From NCBI GenBank assembly GCA_965231015.1, contig OZ246408.1, positions 83,755 through 147,754 on the forward strand: a stretch of DNA of 64,000 nucleotides. The letters run 5' to 3'. The notes below the pieces were generated by a model. It was not told the origin of the DNA, did no database searches, and worked only from the letters and a program-made list of their open reading frames with translations. The DNA comes from an uncultured Gammaproteobacteria bacterium. GTDB lineage: Bacteria; Patescibacteriota; Patescibacteriia; UBA9934; CAZDDW01. Positions 35,618 through 45,833 of this stretch are shown here, piece after piece. The stretch's first letter is position 1, and each line of letters opens with the position of its first letter. The position numbers were made by a program, and so were the translations under genes.

Positions 35618-38146
35618 TTAACTAGTTAAATTATAATTTATGTTTTGAGGTTTGTTATTGGTTGACTGAAGACGAGCTCGGTATTTAATGATCAGAACCA
35701 GTAGAATTATGCCAACCGTGGTTGCCAAGGAAACAGCATAAAGTCCACGGCGACCCTGGGCCTGTTCCTTAGTGGACAGACCAGCCAGTCCGGTCGGTTT
35801 TGGTTCTGTTTGTTTCAGATCCTCGGCATCTCTTGGTAATAAACGGTATTCATCAATATATTGGGTCACAATACCCGTTATTTCAACTTGATCACCAATG
35901 TTGTATTTTGCAAGATCAATTTCAGTCTCTTCTTTGATAATCACTTTTAGAGTCGAATTACCGTCTTCTAAGATGAACCGATCATTTTCAATTGATTGAA
36001 TCATGCCGGTTACACTCACTAGCCAGCCCTCAGTTTCTTCGCTGATTTTTGCCAGGCTCATTTTGTGAGCAACCGGTCCTTTTGTGTGGCCAATAATTGA
36101 TAGGTCATCAGCACTTGAGAGTTTTATTCTTGTTTCGTTGTAGCTTTCCACTAGTTCCCCCGTGACGGTCACGGTGTCTCCACGATTGAGCTCTGGCCAA
36201 TCAGCTCGATAGAAATAGATTTGAATTCCTGATCCAGCTAAATACATGACTTGTTTGCCCAAGACTCCTGGCTCTACCGAAACCGTTCCTGTAACTCGAA
36301 CTTCAGTTCCTCGAGCCATGGCCCGAACTTCGTCTAAACTCGACTCGAAGATTGAACTCGAGCTTTTGGTAGCTGTGGGTTCTATTTCTTCGACTGGATT
36401 TGGAGCCAGAGCCATGTTTATGGGTTCAGTCGGTAAATTGGTTGATGTTTCATCTGTCGAAGTAGTTTCTGATTCATTTCCCAGAGCTGTGTTCTGCCAC
36501 GCCCATCCGCCAGTGCCGAGAATAAGTTCGAAGCCTTTTTTGGTTTTTTCATAGGTGAGTTGGTCAGTGATTACTCCATTGGGAGCAATGATGGAGACGG
36601 TTTCGCCGCCGCTGTTGTTAAGGGCCAGGTTAGTATCAGTTCTATAGAAGGTTAAGGATTCATCAGGGTCAATCGAGATGTTAGGCAGGTCGTAACCCTT
36701 GCTCGCGTCGGCTAGCTGCCAACCGTCAAGCTCGATTGGTTCAGTTCCAGTGTTGGTAATCGAGATGAATTCACTGGTGGCGTCTCCTTGGCTTGTGTTT
36801 GGGTATAGGGCAAGAAGCCGGAGGTCGTAAGAGCCTTCCCAACCTTCTTGGTCTTCTAAGCCTTCCAGCTCTTCTTTTGGGGAGGAGGCGGTAGACGAGT
36901 TCAAGGGCTCGTCGCTCGTCGCTTGTGGCACGTCGATCTCAGGCTCTGGATCAGGTTCCGGATCAATCGTAGTCGTAATTTCGTTAACCCAGCCCGGTGT
37001 TGGAGTTTCTGTTTCAGACCAAGTTCCGTCATCAGCTCGAGCTGCTGAATTTGGATCATCTGCAGCCGGAATTGAATCGGTTCCGTACATAATCTCGTCA
37101 ATAACAGCATCGGTGGGGTCGAATAAAGTGATGGTGTCTCCATTGTTATTTAGTTTGCCTTTCGGAGCGGTTACCAGAACAAACTGGTGCAGGCCAAGAA
37201 GTTGGTCCGGCAAGTTTGTCTTGGCTCCAGAACCATCTTGAACAGTCCAGCCAGCTAGATTGATGACATTGTTATATGGGTTCCAGATTTCAATCCATTC
37301 TTCTCCACCCTCGCTCGGGTCACAAACGAATTCGTTGATGATTAACGTGCCAGTTGGGTGAGTAATGGGAAGAATTTCGTTTGTTTCATCTTCGGAAGAG
37401 TCGGTTGAATCGGTTCCGGAAGGGTCATCTCCATCTTCAGATTCAGACTCCTCGCTCTCTTCTGAAGGATCTGTTGGATCGGGGTCATAGGGTTTTTGAT
37501 CATTTGAATTATCGTCTGTAGGGGCGAACGGTTGTTCGCCCAGGTTGCTAGTGCCTGGCGTGCCCAGCTCGATTGCTTCAGGATCAAAGCCATTCGACTC
37601 GGTTGCGTCGGACCACGAACTCGCCAGTGTTCCATCATCAGTCGAAATTCGGGTCATGGATTTGTATTGCCCCGAGCTTCCCGCTGCCGGAGGGCCGCCA
37701 TCTCCAGCAGAATCAACAATTGTCCCAAACTCATCCGAGAGAGTAATTCCGAGCGAGGAATTAGATAAGCTGATCGACGTGCTGACGAAGTTGGGGGTGA
37801 CGCCGAGCACGCTTTTTTTGTTTTCTTGGTCATAGTTACTTATAAGATAGGTAGAGTTGGGTTCAATGACGGCTTCGTTCGGAAGTGTCAGGTTAGAACC
37901 GTTGCTTCCCGATCCAATTAAGATCCAACCCGAGATATCGACCGATTCTGTTTCTAAATTAACAAGTTCTATCCATTCATCAGCGTTCGACAAGCTAGAG
38001 CCTGCCCAGGCGATCTCGGATATATAGATGGAAGGTGGGTTTAAGGTTTCTTCAGTTAGAGTCTCGTTCGCTCTAACGTTTATCGGAGCCAACAAGACCG
38101 CACTGAACCAACCGAGAGCAATTAGCAATCGTAAAGGTTTTTGCAT
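35618..38146 (-). CDS. Large surface protein with lamin-tail-domain (LTD) repeats, an acidic linker and a C-terminal TM anchor
   Basis: Signal peptide and LTD-type segments (…EWIELVNLETESVDISGWIL…, …EWIEIWNPYNNVINLAGWTV…, …EFISITNTGTEPIELDGWQL…); 842 aa. Confidence 0.7.
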   Translation of the reverse strand: MQKPLRLLIALGWFSAVLLAPINVRANETLTEETLNPPSIYISEIAWAGSSLSNADEWIELVNLETESVDISGWILIGSGSNGSNLTLPNEAVIEPNSTYLISNYDQENKKSVLGVTPNFVSTSISLSNSSLGITLSDEFGTIVDSAGDGGPPAAGSSGQYKSMTRISTDDGTLASSWSDATESNGFDPEAIELGTPGTSNLGEQPFAPTDDNSNDQKPYDPDPTDPSEESEESESEDGDDPSGTDSTDSSEDETNEILPITHPTGTLIINEFVCDPSEGGEEWIEIWNPYNNVINLAGWTVQDGSGAKTNLPDQLLGLHQFVLVTAPKGKLNNNGDTITLFDPTDAVIDEIMYGTDSIPAADDPNSAARADDGTWSETETPTPGWVNEITTTIDPEPDPEPEIDVPQATSDEPLNSSTASSPKEELEGLEDQEGWEGSYDLRLLALYPNTSQGDATSEFISITNTGTEPIELDGWQLADASKGYDLPNISIDPDESLTFYRTDTNLALNNSGGETVSIIAPNGVITDQLTYEKTKKGFELILGTGGWAWQNTALGNESETTSTDETSTNLPTEPINMALAPNPVEEIEPTATKSSSSIFESSLDEVRAMARGTEVRVTGTVSVEPGVLGKQVMYLAGSGIQIYFYRADWPELNRGDTVTVTGELVESYNETRIKLSSADDLSIIGHTKGPVAHKMSLAKISEETEGWLVSVTGMIQSIENDRFILEDGNSTLKVIIKEETEIDLAKYNIGDQVEITGIVTQYIDEYRLLPRDAEDLKQTEPKPTGLAGLSTKEQAQGRRGLYAVSLATTVGIILLVLIIKYRARLQSTNNKPQNINYNLTS

Positions 38147-38193
38147 ATATTGTGCTTAGCACGTCGCACGTCGCGAATCGCACGTCGTACTGG

Positions 38194-38544
38194 TTATTTA
38201 ATTACTTGTTTAAAACGCCGCGTTTTTCTTATTATTTTTTCAGCTTTTTCGTATAGTTCATTTTTTGTTTCTGAATCAATGTAGTCAAGTTTATGAGCGA
38301 GAGTGATCAAACTAACTGTTTCTGCGGTAGATCCAATACTGTAGCCGAGAAATCGAATGAAATCTTTTGTAGTGTTTGTTCCAGAGCCCTCCGCAATATT
38401 TGTTGGTATTGAGATCGCAGCACGTCTTAGTTGATCAGATAGAGAGAATCGTTCGAGTTTTGGAAAATGATCAATTGTTTTATATAAATCTAAACAAAAC
38501 TCAAGGGATAAGTTCCAAATATCTAATTCTTCGAATCGAAACAT
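38194..38544 (-). CDS. Four-helix-bundle protein of the 23S rRNA-intervening-sequence protein family
   Basis: 116 aa with …LSDQLRRAAISIPTNIAEG…GYSIGSTAE… typical of this family. It is flanked by imperfect inverted repeats. Confidence 0.75.
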   Translation of the reverse strand: MFRFEELDIWNLSLEFCLDLYKTIDHFPKLERFSLSDQLRRAAISIPTNIAEGSGTNTTKDFIRFLGYSIGSTAETVSLITLAHKLDYIDSETKNELYEKAEKIIRKTRRFKQVIK

Positions 38545-38708
38545 GTGTTATCGAACGACGTGCGACGGGCCACGTGCGCTTTGCATAAATAAAAACCCCG
38601 CCCAAAGTTGGGGGGAGTCTTTATTTGTAATTTCTTCTTACCATTATTTAACCCTCATGTCAACCCTTGATTTTGGGGACAAACTGGGTTAATATCACGA
38701 ATGTTGAT

Positions 38709-38794
38709 GCCGGGGTGGCGAAATGGTAGACGCGCCAGGTTTAGGACCTGGTGGGAGTAATCCCGTGGAGGTTCGAGCCCTCTCCCCGGTACCA
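38709..38794 (+). tRNA. tRNA-Leu (TAG)
   Basis: An 86-nt cloverleaf with anticodon loop TTTAGGA, a long variable arm and encoded CCA. Confidence 0.85.
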
Positions 38795-38804
38795 GACAAT
38801 TTTT

Positions 38805-39389
38805 ATGCGTATCATATTAATCCATGGCTTTAATGCCAGTCCAGAAATGAATTTCCATCCTTGGTTGCGCGACAAACTGCACCAAGCTGGTTTTGAGGTA
38901 CTCGCACCAGAGCTGCCGTTTTCAGGTGAGCCAGATTTAGCAGCCTGGATCAAAGCGATGGAAGATCAGGTAGGAAGACTGGAGTCAGACGACATTATCC
39001 TCGGGCATAGTCTCGGTGGAGTGATGGCGTTACGATATTTAGAGGCAGCTGAGATGACGGGGACACCAAAGGCGGTTGTGTTAGTTGCTGCTCCGTGGAA
39101 TTTGAAAGGAAATGCTCTGCAATCGTTTTTTACACATGAACTTGATGCCGATGTGTTAATGTGGAAAGCTAACGAATTTGTGGTTGTACATTCTAAAGAT
39201 GATGACAAAGTTCCGTTTGATCATGCAGAAAAATATAAAAAGATGCTGAAAGGTAAGTTGTTAGTGCGTGAAGGCGAGGATCATTACATGGGAGAAAAAT
39301 ATCCTGTGTTACTCGAGCTTATAAAAAAGCTCGCGGAAAGGGAATACGAAATCAATCCGGGTGAAGGTTTGGGTGATGATTTTGAATAA
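38805..39389 (+). CDS. Alpha/beta-hydrolase (YdeN/RBBP9-like serine esterase)
   Basis: …ILIHGF… then nucleophile elbow GHSLGG; start at the ATG after the tRNA. Confidence 0.65.
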   Translation: MRIILIHGFNASPEMNFHPWLRDKLHQAGFEVLAPELPFSGEPDLAAWIKAMEDQVGRLESDDIILGHSLGGVMALRYLEAAEMTGTPKAVVLVAAPWNLKGNALQSFFTHELDADVLMWKANEFVVVHSKDDDKVPFDHAEKYKKMLKGKLLVREGEDHYMGEKYPVLLELIKKLAEREYEINPGEGLGDDFE

Positions 39390-39452
39390 AATCTATTTTG
39401 AAAGAAACAAACCGGCCCAGTGAAGGGTCGGTTTTTTGGTTGGGAGCGTGGC

Positions 39453-40568
39453 CTAGTCCCAGATGAACTCGTGGTTTTTCCGGTAGAGGATCAGGAAGAG
39501 TAGGGTCACGCGGGCCCACATACCGTTGCGGATCTGGCGCCAATAGAGTATACGCGGGTCATTGTCGAATTCGTCGGTCAGCTCCGGACCACGTGGCCCT
39601 GGATGTAAGACGGCCAGCTTGTGCTTACCCATCATGTACTGAGCTTTGAAGTAGAACGGATTGTAATCGGCCTCGATCGAATCTTTGTCGTCATCGTTCT
39701 GTGCACGAACCATATAGATCGCGTCAGCCCCACGACAGGCCTCGGCCATATCCGTGGTTACCACGAACTTTATGTTGTGTGTTTCCATGTATTCGAGCAT
39801 TTCGACCGGTAGACGCATCTCCGGCGGAGAGACGAGCCGAAGCTCAACCCCCGAATAATTGCGGAGCAGATGAATGTCTGAATGCACAGTTCGGCTACGC
39901 AACAGATCACCGCAGTACACAAGCACCTTGTTGTCGATCCGCCCGTGCTTGCGGAACGTGCGATCCAGTGTGTAGATGTCCAGAAGTCCCTGGGTGGGGT
40001 GGTGCATGGTGCCACCACCTGCGTTGATCACCGGAAGCGAACGATTGCTATGCGTATCCAGGTACTCGGCAGCTCGTGCTGCCAAGCCGGAAATAGGCGA
40101 GCGCATGATGATGATATCGTAGTAGCTCGAGAAAGTTCTGATGGTTTCGAGTTCCTTCTCGTCCTTGACGGCCGATGTAACCTGCTTGTCTTGGACGATC
40201 GTCGGTTCGATGCCAAGCATCTTGCAGGCGACTTCGAACGACTGCACTGTACGTGAGCTCGGTTGTGTGAAGTACAGCATAGCCCTTCTGCCCCGCAACC
40301 AGGAGCGCATGGCGTCCCGCCCCGGCTTGATTTGGCCCCAGTCCCGCATACGGGAGGTCAGGTCGCAGAAGAGGTTCAGGAACGGCCGACTGAACTCCGG
40401 TTGCGTAGTAGCCAGCACATGTCGCAGATGCCGACGGTAATCCGGCGGCTTACCGGTCTCGGCCTGCGTCTCGAACAGCTCGGTCAGCAGGGCGACCTGC
40501 TCGGAATTGAACTCGGTAGCAAGCTTAGCTTGGACGGCTTCGATCTTGGGTCCACTCTTTCCGTTCAT
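39453..40568 (-). CDS. Aspartate/ornithine carbamoyltransferase-family protein with an N-terminal extension
   Basis: SSRT (STRT-like), HHPTQ and LHPGP motifs. An AGGGGGAAAA RBS lies before the internal ATG at 40568. The patch is GC-richer. Confidence 0.55.
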   Translation of the reverse strand: MNGKSGPKIEAVQAKLATEFNSEQVALLTELFETQAETGKPPDYRRHLRHVLATTQPEFSRPFLNLFCDLTSRMRDWGQIKPGRDAMRSWLRGRRAMLYFTQPSSRTVQSFEVACKMLGIEPTIVQDKQVTSAVKDEKELETIRTFSSYYDIIIMRSPISGLAARAAEYLDTHSNRSLPVINAGGGTMHHPTQGLLDIYTLDRTFRKHGRIDNKVLVYCGDLLRSRTVHSDIHLLRNYSGVELRLVSPPEMRLPVEMLEYMETHNIKFVVTTDMAEACRGADAIYMVRAQNDDDKDSIEADYNPFYFKAQYMMGKHKLAVLHPGPRGPELTDEFDNDPRILYWRQIRNGMWARVTLLFLILYRKNHEFIWD

Positions 40569-40661
40569 GGGATTTTTCCCCCTAGAAAAAAGCACCGGCG
40601 TTCGTGCCGGGCGTAGTTTGGTAATGTACCGCAAAGATTGTAACATTTTCCTTGTTCCGGG

Positions 40662-41138
40662 TCAATAATGGTAGGTTTTATTTTTGAGAATCGTGATTGC
40701 GCGGTAGATCTGTTCGAGCAAGAAGACCCTGGCTTCGTCGTGCGGCATGGTGAATTTGGAAAGCGCGAGTGTGACATCGGTGTCATCCGAGCAAACATTC
40801 TTGTGTAACCCGAGTGGGCCGCCGATAATAAAGGCGAGTTCGGTTTGGCCCTGGTTCGACCATTCGTCGAGCCGGGCGGCAAAACTTTGTGAGCTCATGT
40901 GTTGCCCACGTTCATCCATACAAATTTTAAACGCTCGAGCCGGAATTGCTTTGGCTAACTTCTTAGCTTCATCCTTTTGTACTCGCTCTCGCTCGGATTC
41001 ATTCTTAAACTTGGTTTCGGCAACTTCAACGACTTCAACTTTAGCGTACGGCTTAAGCCGCTTTAAATACTCGTCCGCCAGCTCCTTCCAAGCTCCGGAT
41101 TTTAGTTCAGAAATGGCAATTATTTTGATCTTTAACAT
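40662..41138 (-). CDS. rlmH: 23S rRNA (pseudouridine1915-N3)-methyltransferase RlmH (SPOUT)
   Basis: 158 aa with a C-terminal …FIIGGPLGLH… motif. Confidence 0.82.
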   Translation of the reverse strand: MLKIKIIAISELKSGAWKELADEYLKRLKPYAKVEVVEVAETKFKNESERERVQKDEAKKLAKAIPARAFKICMDERGQHMSSQSFAARLDEWSNQGQTELAFIIGGPLGLHKNVCSDDTDVTLALSKFTMPHDEARVFLLEQIYRAITILKNKTYHY

Positions 41139-41204
41139 ACTCTTCCAGCATAGAACAATTTTTTGAAAGAAGAAACCCCACCATGAAGTTGGTGGGGTGT
41201 TGGG

Positions 41205-41816
41205 TTACACAATCCAGCGACCCTGCGAGCGATCCCAGTACGTCTTGCGACCCTTGTACGAGGCACTCTGTTCCGGGTCCGGAATGCGACCGCGCAGAAT
41301 CACGCGCTCGTCAGGGAGCTCGCGCGTCATGCCGTCGATCACCTTGGTTGAGGTCACCCGCTGGCGACCTACCTCAGAGAACCCGTAGTGTTTCTGGTAT
41401 ACCCCGATGACAATCGGCTGCACAATCGAGGTGCGCACGACCGCGTCGTAGTAGCAGAGGAAGGCGGCCTGACGAAAACGTTCGTGAATGAGCTGACGGG
41501 CAATACCCTCGCCACGCCTGTCAGCGTCAACGAAGAGCTCAGCCAGGTAGAAATCCTGGTGTGCGTCTTTGTGCACGACAGGCAGGTCGGTCTTGAACCG
41601 GAGCGGGAAACCGATCGCGGAGCCAACGAGTTCTCCCTCGTCCTCGGCCACTAAGAAGACCCGGTGTTCCATACTCCAGATCTCTTCGAACATGCTTCGG
41701 ACCCCCTCGAGTTCGAACTGTTCGAACCATGGTGGCTCGGCAAAGCAGCTCTTGTAGAGCTTGGCCAGGGTGTACATGTCGGTTTCGGGGTTGAAAGAGC
41801 GGACGTCGATCATGTT
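41205..41816 (-). CDS. GNAT-family N-acetyltransferase
   Basis: …RRGEGIARQLI… acetyl-CoA binding motif. Confidence 0.65.
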   Translation of the reverse strand, partial: NMIDVRSFNPETDMYTLAKLYKSCFAEPPWFEQFELEGVRSMFEEIWSMEHRVFLVAEDEGELVGSAIGFPLRFKTDLPVVHKDAHQDFYLAELFVDADRRGEGIARQLIHERFRQAAFLCYYDAVVRTSIVQPIVIGVYQKHYGFSEVGRQRVTSTKVIDGMTRELPDERVILRGRIPDPEQSASYKGRKTYWDRSQGRWIV

Positions 41817-42104
41817 GTCTCTCCTCGAGACAGAAGTTGGTTCAATCGAGAAAAATAAAAACACCCTCCTCGACTGAGAAGGGGGCTGGGTAATAATTTA
41901 TTTAGGAAACACTAACCAGAGCTCTTCTCAATCGAGGAAGGCCCGGTATGATGTACAAAATTAGCAATATATTTATTTTCCATGTCTCTATTTAATCATG
42001 AATATTGTTTGATGTAAAATTAAGCTTATTTTTGGCATAAAAAGAGCCCGCCAAGACAAGGGTCCTGGCGGGGACGGGAAAGGACTGGGTGGGAGGAGGG
42101 ATTC

Positions 42105-42824
42105 CTAGAAGCAACGCTCCATGGCCGCGATGGCGTAGGACAGCACGTGCTGCTCGGTGGTATCCATTTCCTCTGTACCAAACCTGCAGTCGAGCACGAG
42201 ATCGGCTTGTGCCTGGACTACACCAGTCTGGTTGTAGGTCAGGGTGATTGAATCGCGTTCGTGACGGCGGCCACCTGTGGGAGAAGCTGTGATCTCGATT
42301 TGACCATTCGATAAACGGAAGAACAGCAGGTCATCACAGCGGAAACGTTCGTAACGATAAGACGTTTCGGATGTGCTGGGATATTGTCCCATTAGGTCGT
42401 AGGCCTTCCTGCCCAAACGGACTATCTCAGCATCATCTCGATCACTTTTTCGACAACCAAGCGGGTCGTCCGACCAGTACAGATCCGTGGTCTCAGCTTT
42501 CGGAGAGACACTGATGCTCGGTCGTATCCCCTGTGTCCTGCTGTTGGAGTCATTGCCTGAATCCGTAGTCGTCTTTTTTCCTGGCAGATGGGCCGGAGGA
42601 GGAGTCGACTTATTGGACGGAGGCGGTGCCGGGGTAGGATCGCGCTCCTCACCCGCAGGAAGTGGATCAACCTCGGCTTCTCCGTCTTCGTCATCCTCGA
42701 TCGGATCGGGTTCGGCAGGTTCACGATCAGTCTTGAAGCCGAATCTCTGAAACAGGAAGAGGGCTGCACAGAGACCAGCCAGCCAAAGTACAATATTTCT
42801 TCGGGACAGCATGGGCTTTTCCAT
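42105..42824 (-). CDS. Secreted/anchored protein with an N-terminal TM helix, Pro/acidic-rich linker and C-terminal globular domain (TonB-like architecture only)
   Basis: The architecture and its position after the ExbB/ExbD-like pair support this. No TonB C-terminal motif was recognised. Confidence 0.35.
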   Translation of the reverse strand: MEKPMLSRRNIVLWLAGLCAALFLFQRFGFKTDREPAEPDPIEDDEDGEAEVDPLPAGEERDPTPAPPPSNKSTPPPAHLPGKKTTTDSGNDSNSRTQGIRPSISVSPKAETTDLYWSDDPLGCRKSDRDDAEIVRLGRKAYDLMGQYPSTSETSYRYERFRCDDLLFFRLSNGQIEITASPTGGRRHERDSITLTYNQTGVVQAQADLVLDCRFGTEEMDTTEQHVLSYAIAAMERCF

Positions 42825-42833
42825 CGCTTTTTC

Positions 42834-43322
42834 CTAGGGCCGGGCTTCCGAGGGAAGGATAGTTAAAGAGTACTCCTCGATACCTGCCCGGATTGACAGG
42901 TCTCTTAGCCTAGTGTACTCATCGTTGGCTCCGTTTTCGATCACGAATACCACATCGGGACCGTTTTTAGTAGCGACTTTGGCGAACCAGATCTGAATGG
43001 CCTCGTCGCTCAAGGCCTCGGCCGTGGGGTCATAGTAAATACCTTCTCGCAGTGCGTAGAGAGTGAGGTCCGGGACGCGCTGTTTGCGCTCCTGCCAAAC
43101 AAATTTCTGCGTCACGACCTCCCATTGACTCTGTCGTAGCTGATCGAGACGGATCTCGGCGTCGTTGATCTTCTGCTCCATCTCTTTAACATCCTGCTCT
43201 ACCTGCTCTCGCTTTGCTTCAAGTTTTTCTTTTTCTACGACGAGCATCAAGAACAGTACGCCGATGAAACAGGCCATCAGATCAGCCGCCGACATGAGCG
43301 CGATTTTGCGCAGCCGTATCAT
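42834..43322 (-). CDS. ExbD/TolR/MotB-like single-TM partner protein
   Basis: N-terminal TM (…LMACFIGVLFLMLVV…) then a periplasmic domain; the start is 3 nt after the stop of the MotA-like gene. Confidence 0.45.
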   Translation of the reverse strand: MIRLRKIALMSAADLMACFIGVLFLMLVVEKEKLEAKREQVEQDVKEMEQKINDAEIRLDQLRQSQWEVVTQKFVWQERKQRVPDLTLYALREGIYYDPTAEALSDEAIQIWFAKVATKNGPDVVFVIENGANDEYTRLRDLSIRAGIEEYSLTILPSEARP

Positions 43323-43729
43323 TGCCAGCCCCGTTGTCCGGCTTTCTTGGCCAGTGAGACAAACATGAGCACAGCGTTCAAAGCCAAGGCTTGACCGGTG
43401 GTTAAAAACGCCAGCTGTAGACCAGTGAGGTCTGGTTGGGTCCCTTCCGTTCCCCATTCGATCAAGAACATGGTGAAGCCGAGGGCCGTGCCGAGAAACC
43501 CGAGCGTGGGCAGAATCTCCATGCAAGTACTAGCCCTCTCGTCGTCTTCACGAAGAAGAAAGACGATGGCCGTCACGAAGACCGCTGACTCCAGGTAAAC
43601 AATCCATCCCTGATCCAGGAGGCCCTGGAAGTACCGTAAACCATCCAGAAGGTTGGTAATTATGATGCTTCCAACGATCACCGCTACCAGTTCGATAATG
43701 ATGCGCCAATGGCGCTTGAAAAAGTCCAT
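43319..43729 (-). CDS. MotA/TolQ/ExbB-family proton-channel protein
   Basis: Three TM helices with …LPTLGFLGTALGF… channel motif. Confidence 0.55.
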   Translation of the reverse strand: MDFFKRHWRIIIELVAVIVGSIIITNLLDGLRYFQGLLDQGWIVYLESAVFVTAIVFLLREDDERASTCMEILPTLGFLGTALGFTMFLIEWGTEGTQPDLTGLQLAFLTTGQALALNAVLMFVSLAKKAGQRGWQ

Positions 43730-43865
43730 GAACCCTCCTGATTTGGTTGCGGTAAATTCCACCGCTAGGAGTCGAGAATCGACATGAATTAATACCATGT
43801 TCAAAGGTCGTTGTCAACTTATCTGACCCTTATCTTTCTGTGGACGGTAAAGGGATATCTGGGAC

Positions 43866-43894
43866 TTGACAGGAAATACCCTATAAGCTAAAAT
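43866..43894 (+). promoter_or_regulatory. rRNA promoter P1 (TTGACA-17-TAAAAT)
   Basis: A perfect -35 with good -10 at 17-nt spacing, ~440 nt upstream of the 23S. Confidence 0.55.
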
Positions 43895-43981
43895 TCCGTC
43901 AGTTCTGTGGATAGGACACTACTTAAAACTTAAGGTCTTTACATCTTTGTCCCAAGAAATAAGCGGAAATGCTGCCAAAAT

Positions 43982-44010
43982 TTGACTTTTTGGCTAAAAT
44001 AAGGTATTAT
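43982..44010 (+). promoter_or_regulatory. rRNA promoter P2 (TTGACT-17(…GGCTAAAATAAGG)-TATTAT)
   Basis: A second tandem promoter that shares the conserved spacer motif. Confidence 0.5.
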
Positions 44011-44948
44011 TGCAGGGATGGAGAGATGTAAAAGGCTATGGAGACACAAAATATGACAAATTTAACCCAATTGCTTATAGACTAGGCGGTATCCTAAGAC
44101 CGTAAACATTATAATCGTTTACGCAGGATCGCTCACTAGGCGGTTTTTTGGTTGTAAAACAAAGCCTCTGCTCGAGTGCGAACTCGAACAGGGACCAGGA
44201 TCGCAACCGATCCCATGAACTTTCACAATTGAATTCCATAACAACAAACAATACGACAAACTTAAGATCTGATTGTTGGAGAATCGTTCAGCAATCGAAA
44301 CAGATTCATTAAGTGGTTGTAGAGCATCATAAGAGCATATGGTGGATGCCTCGACAGAAGACGCCGATGAAGGACGTAGCAGCCTGCGATAAGCCTCGGG
44401 AAGGTGGCAAGCAACCTTTGATCCGGGGATTTCCGAATGGGGAAACCTAGCATGGAGAATGCCATGTTGTCTTGCACTGAATATATAGGTGTAGGATGGG
44501 AACCTGGTGAAGTGAAACATCTCAGTAACCAGAGGAAAAGAGATCAAGACTTGCTAATGTAGTAATTGCATAATGCTTTATGCGATGGCTACATTCTGCA
44601 AGTTCATTCCCTTAGTAGCGGCGAGCGAAAGGGGATGAGCCCAAACCTTTAATGTGAAGTTTTATTGAACTATCTCTTCGGAGTTAGGGATTTATAACGA
44701 AAGCTATTAGGCGTTGCATTTAAGGGGTTGTAAGATAGTTGTGTTCTCTTGCTAATACAAGAGAGGTAAGGTCAAAAATTATGACTTCCCTAATAGAAGC
44801 CGTTGGAAAGCGGCACCAAAGAGGGTGATAGTCCTGTACATAAAAGGGGTTATATCCTTACGACAATTATTCTTGAGTACCACGAGACTCGTGAAATCTT
44901 GTGGGAACCTGCCGCGACTATGCGGTAAGGCTAAATACGTCTTCTGAT

Positions 44949-44985
<37 letters not shown>

Positions 44986-45552
44986 CACCCCGGGAGGGGA
45001 ATGAAATAGTATCTGAAACCGTATGCTTACAAGGAGTCGGAGTCCCGTCTAACGGGATGACGGCGTTCCTATTGAAGAATGAGCCAACGAGTGTGCTGTG
45101 CGTCGCTTGGTTAAGTCCTTTGGGACGAAGCCTCAGTGAAAGCGAGCGTTAACCCGCGAATTTTGTGGCGCGCACACGACCCGAAACCGAGCGACCTAAC
45201 CATGGGCAGGGTGAAGCGAATGTAACAATTCGTGGAGGCCCGAACCCACTGGCCGTGCAAAACCAGGGGATGACCTGTGGTTAGCGGAGAAATTCCAATC
45301 GAGCTCGGTAATAGCTGGTTCTCGCCGAGATAGCTTTAGGGCTAGCGTCAGTTAATAGCGTATTGGGGGTAGAGCACTGAATGGAGCTGGGGCCGCAAGG
45401 TACCCTCTCTAACCAAACTCCGAATACCAATACGTGTTCCTGGCAGTCAGACTATGGGGGCGAAGCTCCATTAGTCGAAAGGGGAACAGCCCAGATCTCA
45501 AACTAAGGTCCCTAAATCGTGATTAAGTGTGAAAGGTAGTGAAAAGGCAAAT

Positions 45553-45587
<35 letters not shown>

Positions 45588-45679
45588 TAAAGATAGCGTA
45601 ACAGCTCACTGGTCAAGCTTTTTTGCGCCGAAAATGTAACGGGGCTAAATCACGTACCGAAGTTGAGGGTGTTTGTGTC

Positions 45680-45833
45680 TCACTAGCGTTCGACATGAAA
45701 ATGATCAATTTACGAATGATCAATGATCAATGAATGTTCAATTTGAAAATTTACAAATTGTAACTTCAATGAAAATTGAAAACTAAAAATTGAAAATTCC
45801 TGTGGCGAGCGGTAGCGAGACACAGACGCGGTA
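45680..45833 (+). other. IVS-1 in the 23S helix-45 region: stem-flanked AT-rich ~100-nt core
   Basis: It replaces the helix-45 tip (the E. coli ~1170 region) and is flanked by GTGTCTCACTAGCG/CGCTACCGCTCGCCACAG-type complementarity. Confidence 0.7.

Noticed and set aside
42105-42824. Calling the Pro-rich protein a bona fide TonB
   Set aside because: Only the architecture matches. The C-terminal domain lacks recognisable TonB motifs by eye, so it is reported as TonB-like architecture only.
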